This document shows positions 8,019 to 15,218 of a stretch of 36,794 nt of DNA, in pieces. Made by a program: the position numbers and the translations under genes. The stretch spans positions 1-36,794 of IMG/VR virus record IMGVR_UViG_3300040957_000036, one strand, 5' to 3'. Every line of letters starts with the position of its first letter. Position 1 is the stretch's first letter. Below the pieces are notes generated by a model, which did no database searches, had not been told where the DNA came from, and saw only the letters and a program-made list of their open reading frames with translations. This stretch comes from a virus. Lineage: Duplodnaviria > Caudoviricetes.

Positions 8019-8783
8019 ATGACTACTCTCTACAAACTAACTAGCTTGCAATCTCAAACTTACAACCAAACTCAATGGGGTGAGAATGTCACCCATGAGC
8101 TACCAGTCCGTGACACTTACGAGCTATGCTCCTATCAAGTGATCCACGCTTATGTATCCCCTGAGCTAGCCGTGCTTATGGACCCTATCCAGTCTAGCCT
8201 ACTTCCCAACGCGATCCTATGGGAGGCCAAGGGCGATGTTGTAACTACCGATGGCACTAAAGTAGGCTGCACAAAGCTTACCACGCTCAAGCGGATACCT
8301 ATCCCTACTATTACTCTTGAGCAACGAGTTACTTTCGCTATCAAATGTGCGCTGCATGTCTATAAGGAGCCATCATGGGTAGCATGGGCGCAAGCATGGC
8401 TAGCCGGCACAAATCGTGCTGCTGCTGATGCTGCTGATGCTGCTGCTTATGCTGCTTATGCTGATGCTGCTTCTTATTATGCTGCTGCTGATGCTGCTGC
8501 TTATCATGCTGCTGCTTATGCTGCTCGTGCTGATGCTGCTCGTGCTGATGCTGCTTCTTATTATGCTGCTGCTGCTGATGCTGATTATTATGCTGCTGCT
8601 TATGCTGCTCGTGCTGATGCTGCTCGTGCTGATGCTGCTGTTGATGCTGCTCGTGCTGCTGCTCATGCTGCTTATGCTGTTGATGCTGCTCGTGCTGCTG
8701 CTCATGCTGCTTATGCTGCTGATGCTGCTGCTGCTGACTTTGCCTTCATCGTTCTTATCGCTAAAGAGGTATGCAAGGACTAA
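8019..8783 (+). CDS. Phage early protein: globular N-domain plus Ala-rich repeat tract (paralog 1)
   Basis: RBS TAGGAG; about 132-aa domain (LYKLT..TQWGENVTH..LCS..IHAY) then 107 codons of A/D/Y/R/H/S/V repeats. Confidence 0.85.
   Translation: MTTLYKLTSLQSQTYNQTQWGENVTHELPVRDTYELCSYQVIHAYVSPELAVLMDPIQSSLLPNAILWEAKGDVVTTDGTKVGCTKLTTLKRIPIPTITLEQRVTFAIKCALHVYKEPSWVAWAQAWLAGTNRAAADAADAAAYAAYADAASYYAAADAAAYHAAAYAARADAARADAASYYAAAADADYYAAAYAARADAARADAAVDAARAAAHAAYAVDAARAAAHAAYAADAAAADFAFIVLIAKEVCKD
8415..8735 (+). repeat. Degenerate (GCT)n coding microsatellite
   Basis: 107 consecutive NNT codons (GCT/GAT/TAT/CGT/CAT/TCT/GTT) with higher-order duplications such as VDAARAAAHAAYA x2. Confidence 0.95.
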
Positions 8784-8834
8784 CTCTGGCGGGGTGCCTA
8801 AGCCGCACCCCTCCCTACATAGGAGCCTAAGACA

Positions 8835-9578
8835 ATGACTACTCTCTACAAACTAACTAGCTTGCAATCTCAAACTTACAACCAAACTCAATGGGGTGAG
8901 AATGTCACCCATGAGCTACCAGTCCGTGACACTTACGAGCTATGTTCCTATCAAGTGATCCACGCTTATGTATCCCCTGAGCTAGCTGTGCTTATGGACC
9001 CTATCCAGGCTAGCCTACTCCCCCACGCGATCCTATGGGAGGCCAAGGGTGATGTTGCAATTAACGATGGTACCAGGGTAGGGTGCACAAAGCTTACCAC
9101 GCTCAAGCGGATACCTATCCCTACTATTACTCTTGAGCAACGAGTTACTTTCGCTATCAAGTGCGCGCTGCATGTCTATGAGGAGCCGTCATGGGTAGCA
9201 TGGGCGCAAGCGTGGCTAGCTAATACAAATCGTGCTGATGCTGATGCTACTGCTCGTGCTGCTTATGTTGCTGCTGCTTATGCTGCTTATTATGCTGCTG
9301 ATGCTGCTGCTGCTGCTTATGCTGCTCGTGCTGCTGCTCGTGCTGCTGCTTATGCTGCTGCTGCTCGTGCTGCTGCTTATGCTGCTGCTGCTGCTGATGC
9401 TGCTGCTTATGCTGCTGCTGCTGATGCTGCTGCTGACGCTGCTGACGCTGCTGACGCTACTGCTCGTGCTGCTGCTCGTGCTGCTGCTCGTGCTGCTGCT
9501 GCTGCTGCTCGTGCTGCTGCTCGTGCTGCTGACTTTGTCTTCGTCGGTCTTATCGCTAAAGAGGTATGCAATGTCTAA
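8835..9578 (+). CDS. Phage early protein: globular N-domain plus Ala-rich repeat tract (paralog 2)
   Basis: 8 aa differences from paralog 1 in the first 133 aa; differently ordered repeat tract. Confidence 0.85.
   Translation: MTTLYKLTSLQSQTYNQTQWGENVTHELPVRDTYELCSYQVIHAYVSPELAVLMDPIQASLLPHAILWEAKGDVAINDGTRVGCTKLTTLKRIPIPTITLEQRVTFAIKCALHVYEEPSWVAWAQAWLANTNRADADATARAAYVAAAYAAYYAADAAAAAYAARAAARAAAYAAAARAAAYAAAAADAAAYAAAADAAADAADAADATARAAARAAARAAAAAARAAARAADFVFVGLIAKEVCNV
9231..9530 (+). repeat. Degenerate (GCT)n coding microsatellite
   Basis: 100 codons, nearly all NNT (three GAC). Confidence 0.95.
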
Positions 9579-10104
9579 CCCCCCCATCCGCAAACCCGCA
9601 GAGATCGAGCTGCGCTTTAGGCTTGAGCAAGACCCTTTGACCTACCTCGCCATGGGCAACGGCCACTCCATCGGCCATGGCGCTCCCGCAACCGATATCG
9701 TGCGCGCCAGCGTCTACACTTGCTGCTACCTTTGGATGCTGGCGCACCCCGATTTCCGGCCTGCCGCGGACATGCGCGAGACGTGTCTGGAGTACGCCCA
9801 ATGGCTGCTCGAACCAGACGCGCTCGCGCTCTTGACGGCGGGTGCCCGCACCGCTGACACCTTCGACCTCGATAGCCCGCGCCTCGCCGATTTCGAGCGC
9901 TCGTTCCTCAAATCCCTCCCCTTGGCCGCACGCGGGCCCATGAAGCTGCAAGCAAAGCTCCCCAAGGGCCTCTGGACGGCCATCAAGGCCGCCTATGGCT
10001 TCCGGCACGGGGCAACCGATGAGGGTCTCACGCGCCTTCTGCTGGCCTGCCTGCGGCATGCCCGGGCGGTAAGAACGGAGGCAGACAGCGAGGAAGACGC
10101 TTAA
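9571..10104 (+). CDS. Hypothetical protein, possibly ribbon-helix-helix-like
   Basis: True start likely ATG 9571 (RBS AAGAGG); the poly-Leu N-terminus in the ORF track is a repeat artefact. Strand-helix-helix patterns at IELRFRLEQD and MKLQAKLPKGLW (weak). Confidence 0.65.
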   Translation: MSNPPIRKPAEIELRFRLEQDPLTYLAMGNGHSIGHGAPATDIVRASVYTCCYLWMLAHPDFRPAADMRETCLEYAQWLLEPDALALLTAGARTADTFDLDSPRLADFERSFLKSLPLAARGPMKLQAKLPKGLWTAIKAAYGFRHGATDEGLTRLLLACLRHARAVRTEADSEEDA

Positions 10105-10132
10105 CCCATCTCTAACCTATTAAGCCTAGACT
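10101..10132 (+). promoter_or_regulatory. CtrA-box-like promoter
   Basis: TTAA-N7-CTAAC followed by -10-like TAGACT 11 nt after the second half-site. Confidence 0.45.
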
Positions 10133-10154
10133 TGCTACTAGAAGGGAGATAAGC

Positions 10155-10337
10155 ATGACTTGGATAACCAATGACAGGGCTACAGCTAAGCAGCTTTGGG
10201 ACGTAGACAACGTTCTCGAAGCGGTTTATGCGGATATCCTGAAGCACCCTACCAAGGGTGCTAAGCATCTGCGCGAGGCTAAGAAGGCACATGCTAAAGC
10301 CTGCAAACGGATAAAGACTAAACGGGGGAGCAATTAG
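10155..10337 (+). CDS. Small basic hypothetical protein
   Basis: RBS AAGGGAG; 60 aa. Confidence 0.7.
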   Translation: MTWITNDRATAKQLWDVDNVLEAVYADILKHPTKGAKHLREAKKAHAKACKRIKTKRGSN

Positions 10338-10338
10338 G

Positions 10339-10530
10339 ATGAAGCCCAGGCACAAAGTAGGCAATTACCTATGGCGGACGTGCACCCCCGCCGGACCTTG
10401 GATTGGCGTCGTCCTTTACGTCTACGACCATTGCGAGCACATGGTGCACTACGGCCTTAACAAGGTCCGCGTGAAGCAAGAGCAATGGGACGATCACTGG
10501 CGCTATCAGCCTACTAAAGAAGGGAGCTAA
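10339..10530 (+). CDS. Small hypothetical protein
   Basis: RBS GGGGGAG; packed in operon; 63 aa. Confidence 0.65.
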   Translation: MKPRHKVGNYLWRTCTPAGPWIGVVLYVYDHCEHMVHYGLNKVRVKQEQWDDHWRYQPTKEGS

Positions 10531-10532
10531 AC

Positions 10533-10763
10533 ATGAGCCTGCATCTCGCTACACTTCCGAGCCTGCCTAAGTGGCAAGTGAAGGTTAGAACAGTATGGTT
10601 CAACGGCAAGCACGTCGCTTCCGTTGCAATCCCTACCTCTCACGGTATGCTAACCATGAACAAGGAAAACGCCGATGAGCAAGAGGCGGTCAAACTCGTG
10701 CTCATCGCCATCGAGGACTTAATAAACCGCATCCAATTCCCATATCCAGAGAAGCTAAGCTAA
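10533..10763 (+). CDS. Small hypothetical protein
   Basis: RBS AAGGGAG; 76 aa. Confidence 0.7.
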   Translation: MSLHLATLPSLPKWQVKVRTVWFNGKHVASVAIPTSHGMLTMNKENADEQEAVKLVLIAIEDLINRIQFPYPEKLS

Positions 10764-10768
10764 ACCTC

Positions 10769-10797
10769 TTGACATCCTTCGCGACATAGAAGAGTGT
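10769..10797 (+). promoter_or_regulatory. Possible promoter (perfect -35, poor -10)
   Basis: cTTGACA at 10769 in an intergenic gap; the 17-nt-spaced hexamer is GAGTGT. Confidence 0.35.
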
Positions 10798-10837
10798 AGG
10801 GGCTATCTCAACCAGTCTAAACTTTAAGGAGCCTACC

Positions 10838-11203
10838 ATGGCAAAACGTCCTACTGTTACCCAGTATGAAGATACTACCGATGAAACCGAACAGTTGGAG
10901 ACTGTCCGTCCCACACGTCGCCGCATCCAGGTTCGGCGGCCGGAAGAGATGGCGGGCTTGACTGTCTCTCTACTCGTTCCTAACGCTTACCTCAAGCCAC
11001 TTATGCGCGCCTATTTCGAGGACGAGGACGCCACGCGGCAGGGGCGGAAACTTCCCGAAGCGACCATGGTTCGCCGTCTCCTTATCAAGGGCCTCAGCGA
11101 GCTGACTGGCGATAGCGAGGAAGAAGTGACGGAGGAGCTGGCGAAGGCCGAAGCCGAGGAAGCCGAGAGCATCCAGACGCACCGCGATCGTCACGGACTG
11201 TAG
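10838..11203 (+). CDS. Hypothetical protein, possible RHH-type DNA binder with acidic tail
   Basis: RBS TAAGGAG; LTVSLLVPNAYLKPL...EATMVRRLLIKGL. Confidence 0.7.
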   Translation: MAKRPTVTQYEDTTDETEQLETVRPTRRRIQVRRPEEMAGLTVSLLVPNAYLKPLMRAYFEDEDATRQGRKLPEATMVRRLLIKGLSELTGDSEEEVTEELAKAEAEEAESIQTHRDRHGL

Positions 11204-11230
11204 CAGCTAAGCGAGACAAGTTGCAGAGGG

Positions 11231-11267
11231 AGGGGTGGTCTTGCGGGAAAGGCCGCCCCTAATTTTT
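11231..11267 (+). terminator. Rho-independent terminator
   Basis: AGGGGTGGTCTT-gcggga-AAGGCCGCCCCT-aaTTTTT (12-bp stem with G-U pairs). Confidence 0.65.
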
Positions 11268-11281
11268 AGGGGGACTAAACC

Positions 11282-11533
11282 ATGTTTCTACTAATCGTCA
11301 TCGGCTGCATAGCCGTTATCGGCATCCTTCAGGCCATGGAGCCCGAGCCCGTGCGCGATCCTGAGCACGACGCGAAGGTGGAGGACTACTGGCGGCGCAA
11401 GCTCGCCCGCACGAGCCCGCTGGAGCCCCTTTACCCCGAGGAAGAGCTACCCCCGCGGGGTGCCCTCGCAAGGGCCTTCCTGGACCGCGCCAGAGCCGCT
11501 AGGCACGCGCGCAAGCAAGCAGCTGCCCAATGA
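11282..11533 (+). CDS. Small N-terminally membrane-anchored protein
   Basis: RBS AGGGGGA; MFLLIVIGCIAVIGILQA. Confidence 0.7.
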   Translation: MFLLIVIGCIAVIGILQAMEPEPVRDPEHDAKVEDYWRRKLARTSPLEPLYPEEELPPRGALARAFLDRARAARHARKQAAAQ

Positions 11534-11616
11534 TTTGGCTATTAACCGTTTGTTTCATCGTTGCCGCTATCTTGCTGGCTAGCGAATATGAATCGGGAGG
11601 CTGGGGTGCAGATTAA
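11530..11616 (+). CDS. 28-aa single-TM peptide
   Basis: ATGA overlap with the upstream stop; MIWLLTVCFIVAAILLASEYESGGWGAD; below ORF-track cutoff. Confidence 0.55.
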   Translation: MIWLLTVCFIVAAILLASEYESGGWGAD

Positions 11617-12001
11617 CTTCAATCATCCTTTTTGGGAACTTGTTAGGGTTAAAGAGGTAGATGACTGTTGGGAAAAGCCCACTAATGTTGATAAGTCTTC
11701 CGGCTATGCTCGATATAGGCCCCATTGGAAAGGCAAGAGCTATGTCGCTTCCAGGTTTGCAGCATGGCTTGCTGGACTTGTGGATAGCCCAGACGCACCT
11801 AAAGATAGGAAAGGTACGGGTTTCGTTCTGCATAAATGTGATAATCGGATATGCTGCAACCCATATCACTTTATTATAGGCACCTATGGGCAGAACTTGG
11901 CTGATTGCTGGAACAAAGAACGTCGCGAGATAGGGGACAAAGATGAGCAAGGGAAGTTTTTCGATTTGGGTAGGCGACATAGAGAGTACCTTCTCAAATG
12001 A
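11606..12001 (+). CDS. HNH homing endonuclease
   Basis: GTG 11606 behind GGGAGG; DDCW..GY..VLHKCDNRICCNPYHFIIGT..N..D; overlaps the polymerase start by 59 nt. Confidence 0.85.
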   Translation: MQINFNHPFWELVRVKEVDDCWEKPTNVDKSSGYARYRPHWKGKSYVASRFAAWLAGLVDSPDAPKDRKGTGFVLHKCDNRICCNPYHFIIGTYGQNLADCWNKERREIGDKDEQGKFFDLGRRHREYLLK

Positions 12002-13781
12002 GCATACACTTAGGAAACTATCTATCGAGGAGTATATTAGGCACCCTAAGTTTGAACTTATTGGGCTTGGAATCAGGAATACAGAAACTGGATGGGAAAG
12101 TTTCCTAACTGGGAACGATGTAGGTCATTGGCTCAAAGAACATAGGCACATTGGGTTTATTGCTCATCATGCGCAGTTTGACTTATTTGCGCTTAGTCAT
12201 TTGTTTGACTACCAGCCTAGCTTTATCTTTTGCACCCTCTCTATGAGCCGCGCACTCTACCAGCATCTTCCTAGCCATAGCCTCGATAAGCTGGTAGCCC
12301 ATTTCAACTTAGGCACTCCCAAGACCGTTCCCTATAACGAGTTCCGGGGGAAGACGCTGGCGGAGATCGACGCGCGGCTGATGCGAACTATTGGTGACGG
12401 GTGCCTTCATGACCTTTTTCTAACCCATCAGCTTTACGAACTCTTGGTCCACCAGATGCCCGCTGACGAGCTAGAGCTAATAGACGAGACAATCAGGCTC
12501 TATACCGAGCCAGTGCTTGTTGGCGATGTGCCCTTGCTCACTGAGGCCCTGACAGAGGCCATAATCGCTCGCGAACATAAGATGTACGAGCTTGGACTTA
12601 CAGACAAGGTGCTCAAATCTGACGCCAAGTTCGCTACGCTCCTACGTGGCTGTGGGATCGAGCCCCCCACTAAAATCTCAGCTACTACAGGCCGGGAAGC
12701 GTTCGCGTTCGCTAAGACGGACTTAGACTTTCAAGCCTTACAGGAGCACCCTAATGAACGAGTTCGCGATCTTGTCGAAGCAAGAGTTGCTGCAAAAACT
12801 AGCATTCATGAAACTAGGGCAGGAAGGCTTTTGTCTACCGCTGAGCGAGGGGCGATACCTGTTTACCTTAAATACTATGGTGCCCATACAGGCCGGTTCT
12901 CAGGAGGTGATAAGTCTAATCTGCAAAATCTCCCAAGAGGGAGCAAGCTTAGGAGTGGGTTGCTTGCACCCAATGGGTACACACTTGCTTGGGGCGACCT
13001 TTCGCAGATCGAGTGCAGGATAACCGCTTGGCTTGCAGGTTGTGAAACTCTTTTAGCTGCCTTCGCGGAAGGTAGGGACGTGTACAGCGAGTTTGGCGAA
13101 AAGGCGTTTAAGTGTGAGGTTAGCCGGGAGGTTAATAAAGACTTAAGAACCTTAAGTAAAACCGTGATCTTGGGGGCCGGTTATGGTTTAGGGAAAGAAA
13201 AGTTTGCTTATTACCTTAAGTCGCAAGGCCAAGAAGTTGACCGGCTTACTAGCGATATGCTCATAGATGAGTTTAGGAGACAGTATAGAGAGATACCTAA
13301 ACTTTGGAGGGATTTGGGTAGCCTACTGCAACATATGCGTTCTGGTTTTCCAGAAGAAATAGGAGTTGGCCCTAATGGCGGCAACACTGGGCCTTGCGTG
13401 GCTATTGGTCGCAAAATCATCGGCCCTAACGGTCTTTTCCTCGACTACGAAGGTAAAGACCTAGATAAGATATGGGGCGGTGCCCTTACCGAGAATGTGG
13501 TTCAGTTCTTAGCTAGGATCGTCCTTACAGATGCGTGGTTGAAAGTCCGGCGCGAGTTCGCCGCGCGGGCGGGCTGCCGCGTCGTGACCTCCACGCATGA
13601 CGAGCTTGTCTGTTGCGTCCCGTTAACGGATAGGCAATGGTGCCTCGATATGCTTGGCACGGCCTTGGTGACGGTGCCCGAGTGGGCTCCTAACTTGCCT
13701 TTGGCCGCGGAACTTTTTAGTGGGGATAGGTATGATAAAAGTAGCAGTGAGGCTATTAGCCGAACGAGCGAGGAAAACTAA
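11943..13781 (+). CDS. polA: Family A DNA polymerase with 3'-5' exonuclease domain
   Basis: ExoI DIE, ExoII HHAQFD, ExoIII CLHD; HTGRFSG, NLQNLPR, motif A DLSQIECR, motif B KTVILGAGYG, motif C THDEL. Confidence 0.95.
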   Translation: MSKGSFSIWVGDIESTFSNEHTLRKLSIEEYIRHPKFELIGLGIRNTETGWESFLTGNDVGHWLKEHRHIGFIAHHAQFDLFALSHLFDYQPSFIFCTLSMSRALYQHLPSHSLDKLVAHFNLGTPKTVPYNEFRGKTLAEIDARLMRTIGDGCLHDLFLTHQLYELLVHQMPADELELIDETIRLYTEPVLVGDVPLLTEALTEAIIAREHKMYELGLTDKVLKSDAKFATLLRGCGIEPPTKISATTGREAFAFAKTDLDFQALQEHPNERVRDLVEARVAAKTSIHETRAGRLLSTAERGAIPVYLKYYGAHTGRFSGGDKSNLQNLPRGSKLRSGLLAPNGYTLAWGDLSQIECRITAWLAGCETLLAAFAEGRDVYSEFGEKAFKCEVSREVNKDLRTLSKTVILGAGYGLGKEKFAYYLKSQGQEVDRLTSDMLIDEFRRQYREIPKLWRDLGSLLQHMRSGFPEEIGVGPNGGNTGPCVAIGRKIIGPNGLFLDYEGKDLDKIWGGALTENVVQFLARIVLTDAWLKVRREFAARAGCRVVTSTHDELVCCVPLTDRQWCLDMLGTALVTVPEWAPNLPLAAELFSGDRYDKSSSEAISRTSEEN

Positions 13782-13938
13782 TCAGGCTTTCACCGAGCTT
13801 GAGGACGGCAGTATCCTCATGTCGCCTGAGCAAATAAACACACTGCTCAGACTCGGAAAAGAGGCAGGAGCTAGGAACATGGTAGACTTCGTGCTAGGGA
13901 TGATTGTAAGCAGCCGATTAACTAGGGGGAGACAATGA
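13732..13938 (+). CDS. Small hypothetical protein
   Basis: Fills the gap between pol and the wHTH gene; ATGA coupling to 13935; start uncertain. Confidence 0.5.
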   Translation: MIKVAVRLLAERARKTNQAFTELEDGSILMSPEQINTLLRLGKEAGARNMVDFVLGMIVSSRLTRGRQ

Positions 13939-14189
13939 GGATTAACGGGATAGACCTAGAGCCTTTTAGCAAGCAACAGCGTAGGATACTTGTCCTATTA
14001 GGCTTGTACTCGCCACGGCTTATGACAATAGGGGAGCTTGTCGAGTGTGCCTACCCTGATCCCGATCTTGAACCAACTGAAGCCGAGGACTGTGTGCGCT
14101 CTAGCATTAGGCGTATGCGGCCTAAGCTTCATGGCTGGACCATTACTGGCGTATGGGGTAGGGGCTATATTTTGGAGCGTACTCAATGA
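13935..14189 (+). CDS. Stand-alone OmpR/PhoB-type winged-helix DNA-binding domain (CtrA-like wing)
   Basis: FSKQQRRILVLL..MTIGELVECAY..CVRSSIRRMRPKL..ITGVWGRGYILE; no receiver domain. Confidence 0.8.
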   Translation: MRINGIDLEPFSKQQRRILVLLGLYSPRLMTIGELVECAYPDPDLEPTEAEDCVRSSIRRMRPKLHGWTITGVWGRGYILERTQ

Positions 14190-14830
14190 CAAGCTTGCTT
14201 CCTTGGTCTTACACCAAGCTTACCACGTTCGAACGCTGCCCTAAGCTTGGACATGCCCGCTACATCTCTAAGACTCTCCCCTATGTGGAGAGCGAGGCTG
14301 CCAAAGAAGGCAACCGCGTACATGCCGCTATCGAGCACTATGTACGAGACGGGGTTGCCCTACCTAAAGACCTCGAATGGGTGACGGACTTCATACCAAG
14401 TAAGAAGTACGAGGAAGACATTATCTGCATAGAGCGTTGGTTCAACTTCGATGAGCAAAATCAGCTTACCCACTCTAAGTCTTGGTTCACAACTAAGATC
14501 GACTTCCTTCAAATCGAGGGTGGGGATATTGCTTGGATTTTAGATTGGAAGACCGGGAAGCCTTGGGAAGACCCGGACCAGCTTAGCACCTACTCTGTAG
14601 CAGTCAAAGCTCATTACCCGCGAGTAAGGCACTGGCGAGGGATGTATATCTGGCTAAAGGACAGGAAGGTAGGAGAGGTACATACCTTATCACCTGGGCA
14701 AACTTTTCATAGGCTCGTTGAGCGGGTGAAGGCTGTCGATACGAGCGATACAGCTAAGAAGAATCGTTTGTGCGGCTATTGCGATCTGACAAGTTGCAAA
14801 CATTGGACTGGGAAGAAAGGGAATGGATAA
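14186..14830 (+). CDS. PD-(D/E)XK exonuclease, Cas4/RecB-like with 4-Cys cluster
   Basis: WSYTKL..FERCP, GNRVH, KIDF, DWKTGK, QLSTY, CGYCDLTSC. Confidence 0.88.
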   Translation: MTSLLPWSYTKLTTFERCPKLGHARYISKTLPYVESEAAKEGNRVHAAIEHYVRDGVALPKDLEWVTDFIPSKKYEEDIICIERWFNFDEQNQLTHSKSWFTTKIDFLQIEGGDIAWILDWKTGKPWEDPDQLSTYSVAVKAHYPRVRHWRGMYIWLKDRKVGEVHTLSPGQTFHRLVERVKAVDTSDTAKKNRLCGYCDLTSCKHWTGKKGNG

Positions 14831-15206
14831 AGAGTCAGACTTCCTAGAGGATAAAGTTAAAAAGGCTCTTAAGGCCGTTCTTAAAGGTTGGGGATGCTAC
14901 CAGTTTTGGCCTGTTCAGTCTGGGATAGGTGCCCACACAGTTGATTGCCTCGCTTGTATCCCCATTAAGGTCACTAAGGAGATGGCGGGCACCACGCTAG
15001 GCGTGTTCGTCGCTATCGAGACGAAGCGCACTAAGATTGATGAACCTACGGGGGCGCAAGGTGAGGTGCTAAGACAGGTAAGCAAGGCAGGCGGGGGTGC
15101 GGCACTTGTGCATACCGTCCACGACATGGAGATTGAAGACGGGCTGATTAGGGCAATCGAAGAAAGGGAACCGGAAGTATGGGTAACAGTGGGAGCGAAG
15201 AAGTAG
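14823..15206 (+). CDS. VRR-NUC / Holliday-junction-resolvase-like nuclease
   Basis: EDKVK, VDCLAC, FVAIETK, PTGAQ, AGG. Confidence 0.8.
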   Translation: MDKESDFLEDKVKKALKAVLKGWGCYQFWPVQSGIGAHTVDCLACIPIKVTKEMAGTTLGVFVAIETKRTKIDEPTGAQGEVLRQVSKAGGGAALVHTVHDMEIEDGLIRAIEEREPEVWVTVGAKK

Positions 15207-15218
15207 GAGCTTTGGCCC

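Larger units (their letters stand above)
7996..9571 (+). repeat. Tandem gene duplication (7996-8776 and 8812-9571; start offset 816 bp)
   Basis: Identical leader TCCCTACATAGGAGCCTAAGACAATG, near-identical first ~400 coding nt and shared 3' end TCTTATCGCTAAAGAGGTATGCAA. Confidence 0.95.

Noticed and set aside
7996-9571. Diversity-generating retroelement (TR/VR) reading of this duplication or of the 32211/34712 repeat
   Set aside because: No reverse transcriptase in the window and mismatches are not confined to adenines of one copy.
8400-9593. Poly-Leu/Met (+1 frame) and poly-Ser (reverse) ORFs, including the apparent fusion 9232..10104
   Set aside because: Automatic by-products of the GCT repeat; no RBS; the downstream gene has its own RBS and ATG at 9571; triplet slippage would not shift frame.
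11606-12001. Intron- or intein-encoded endonucleases
   Set aside because: Neighbouring polA, terL, helicase and ATP-grasp ORFs are uninterrupted with all motifs; the HNHs are free-standing.
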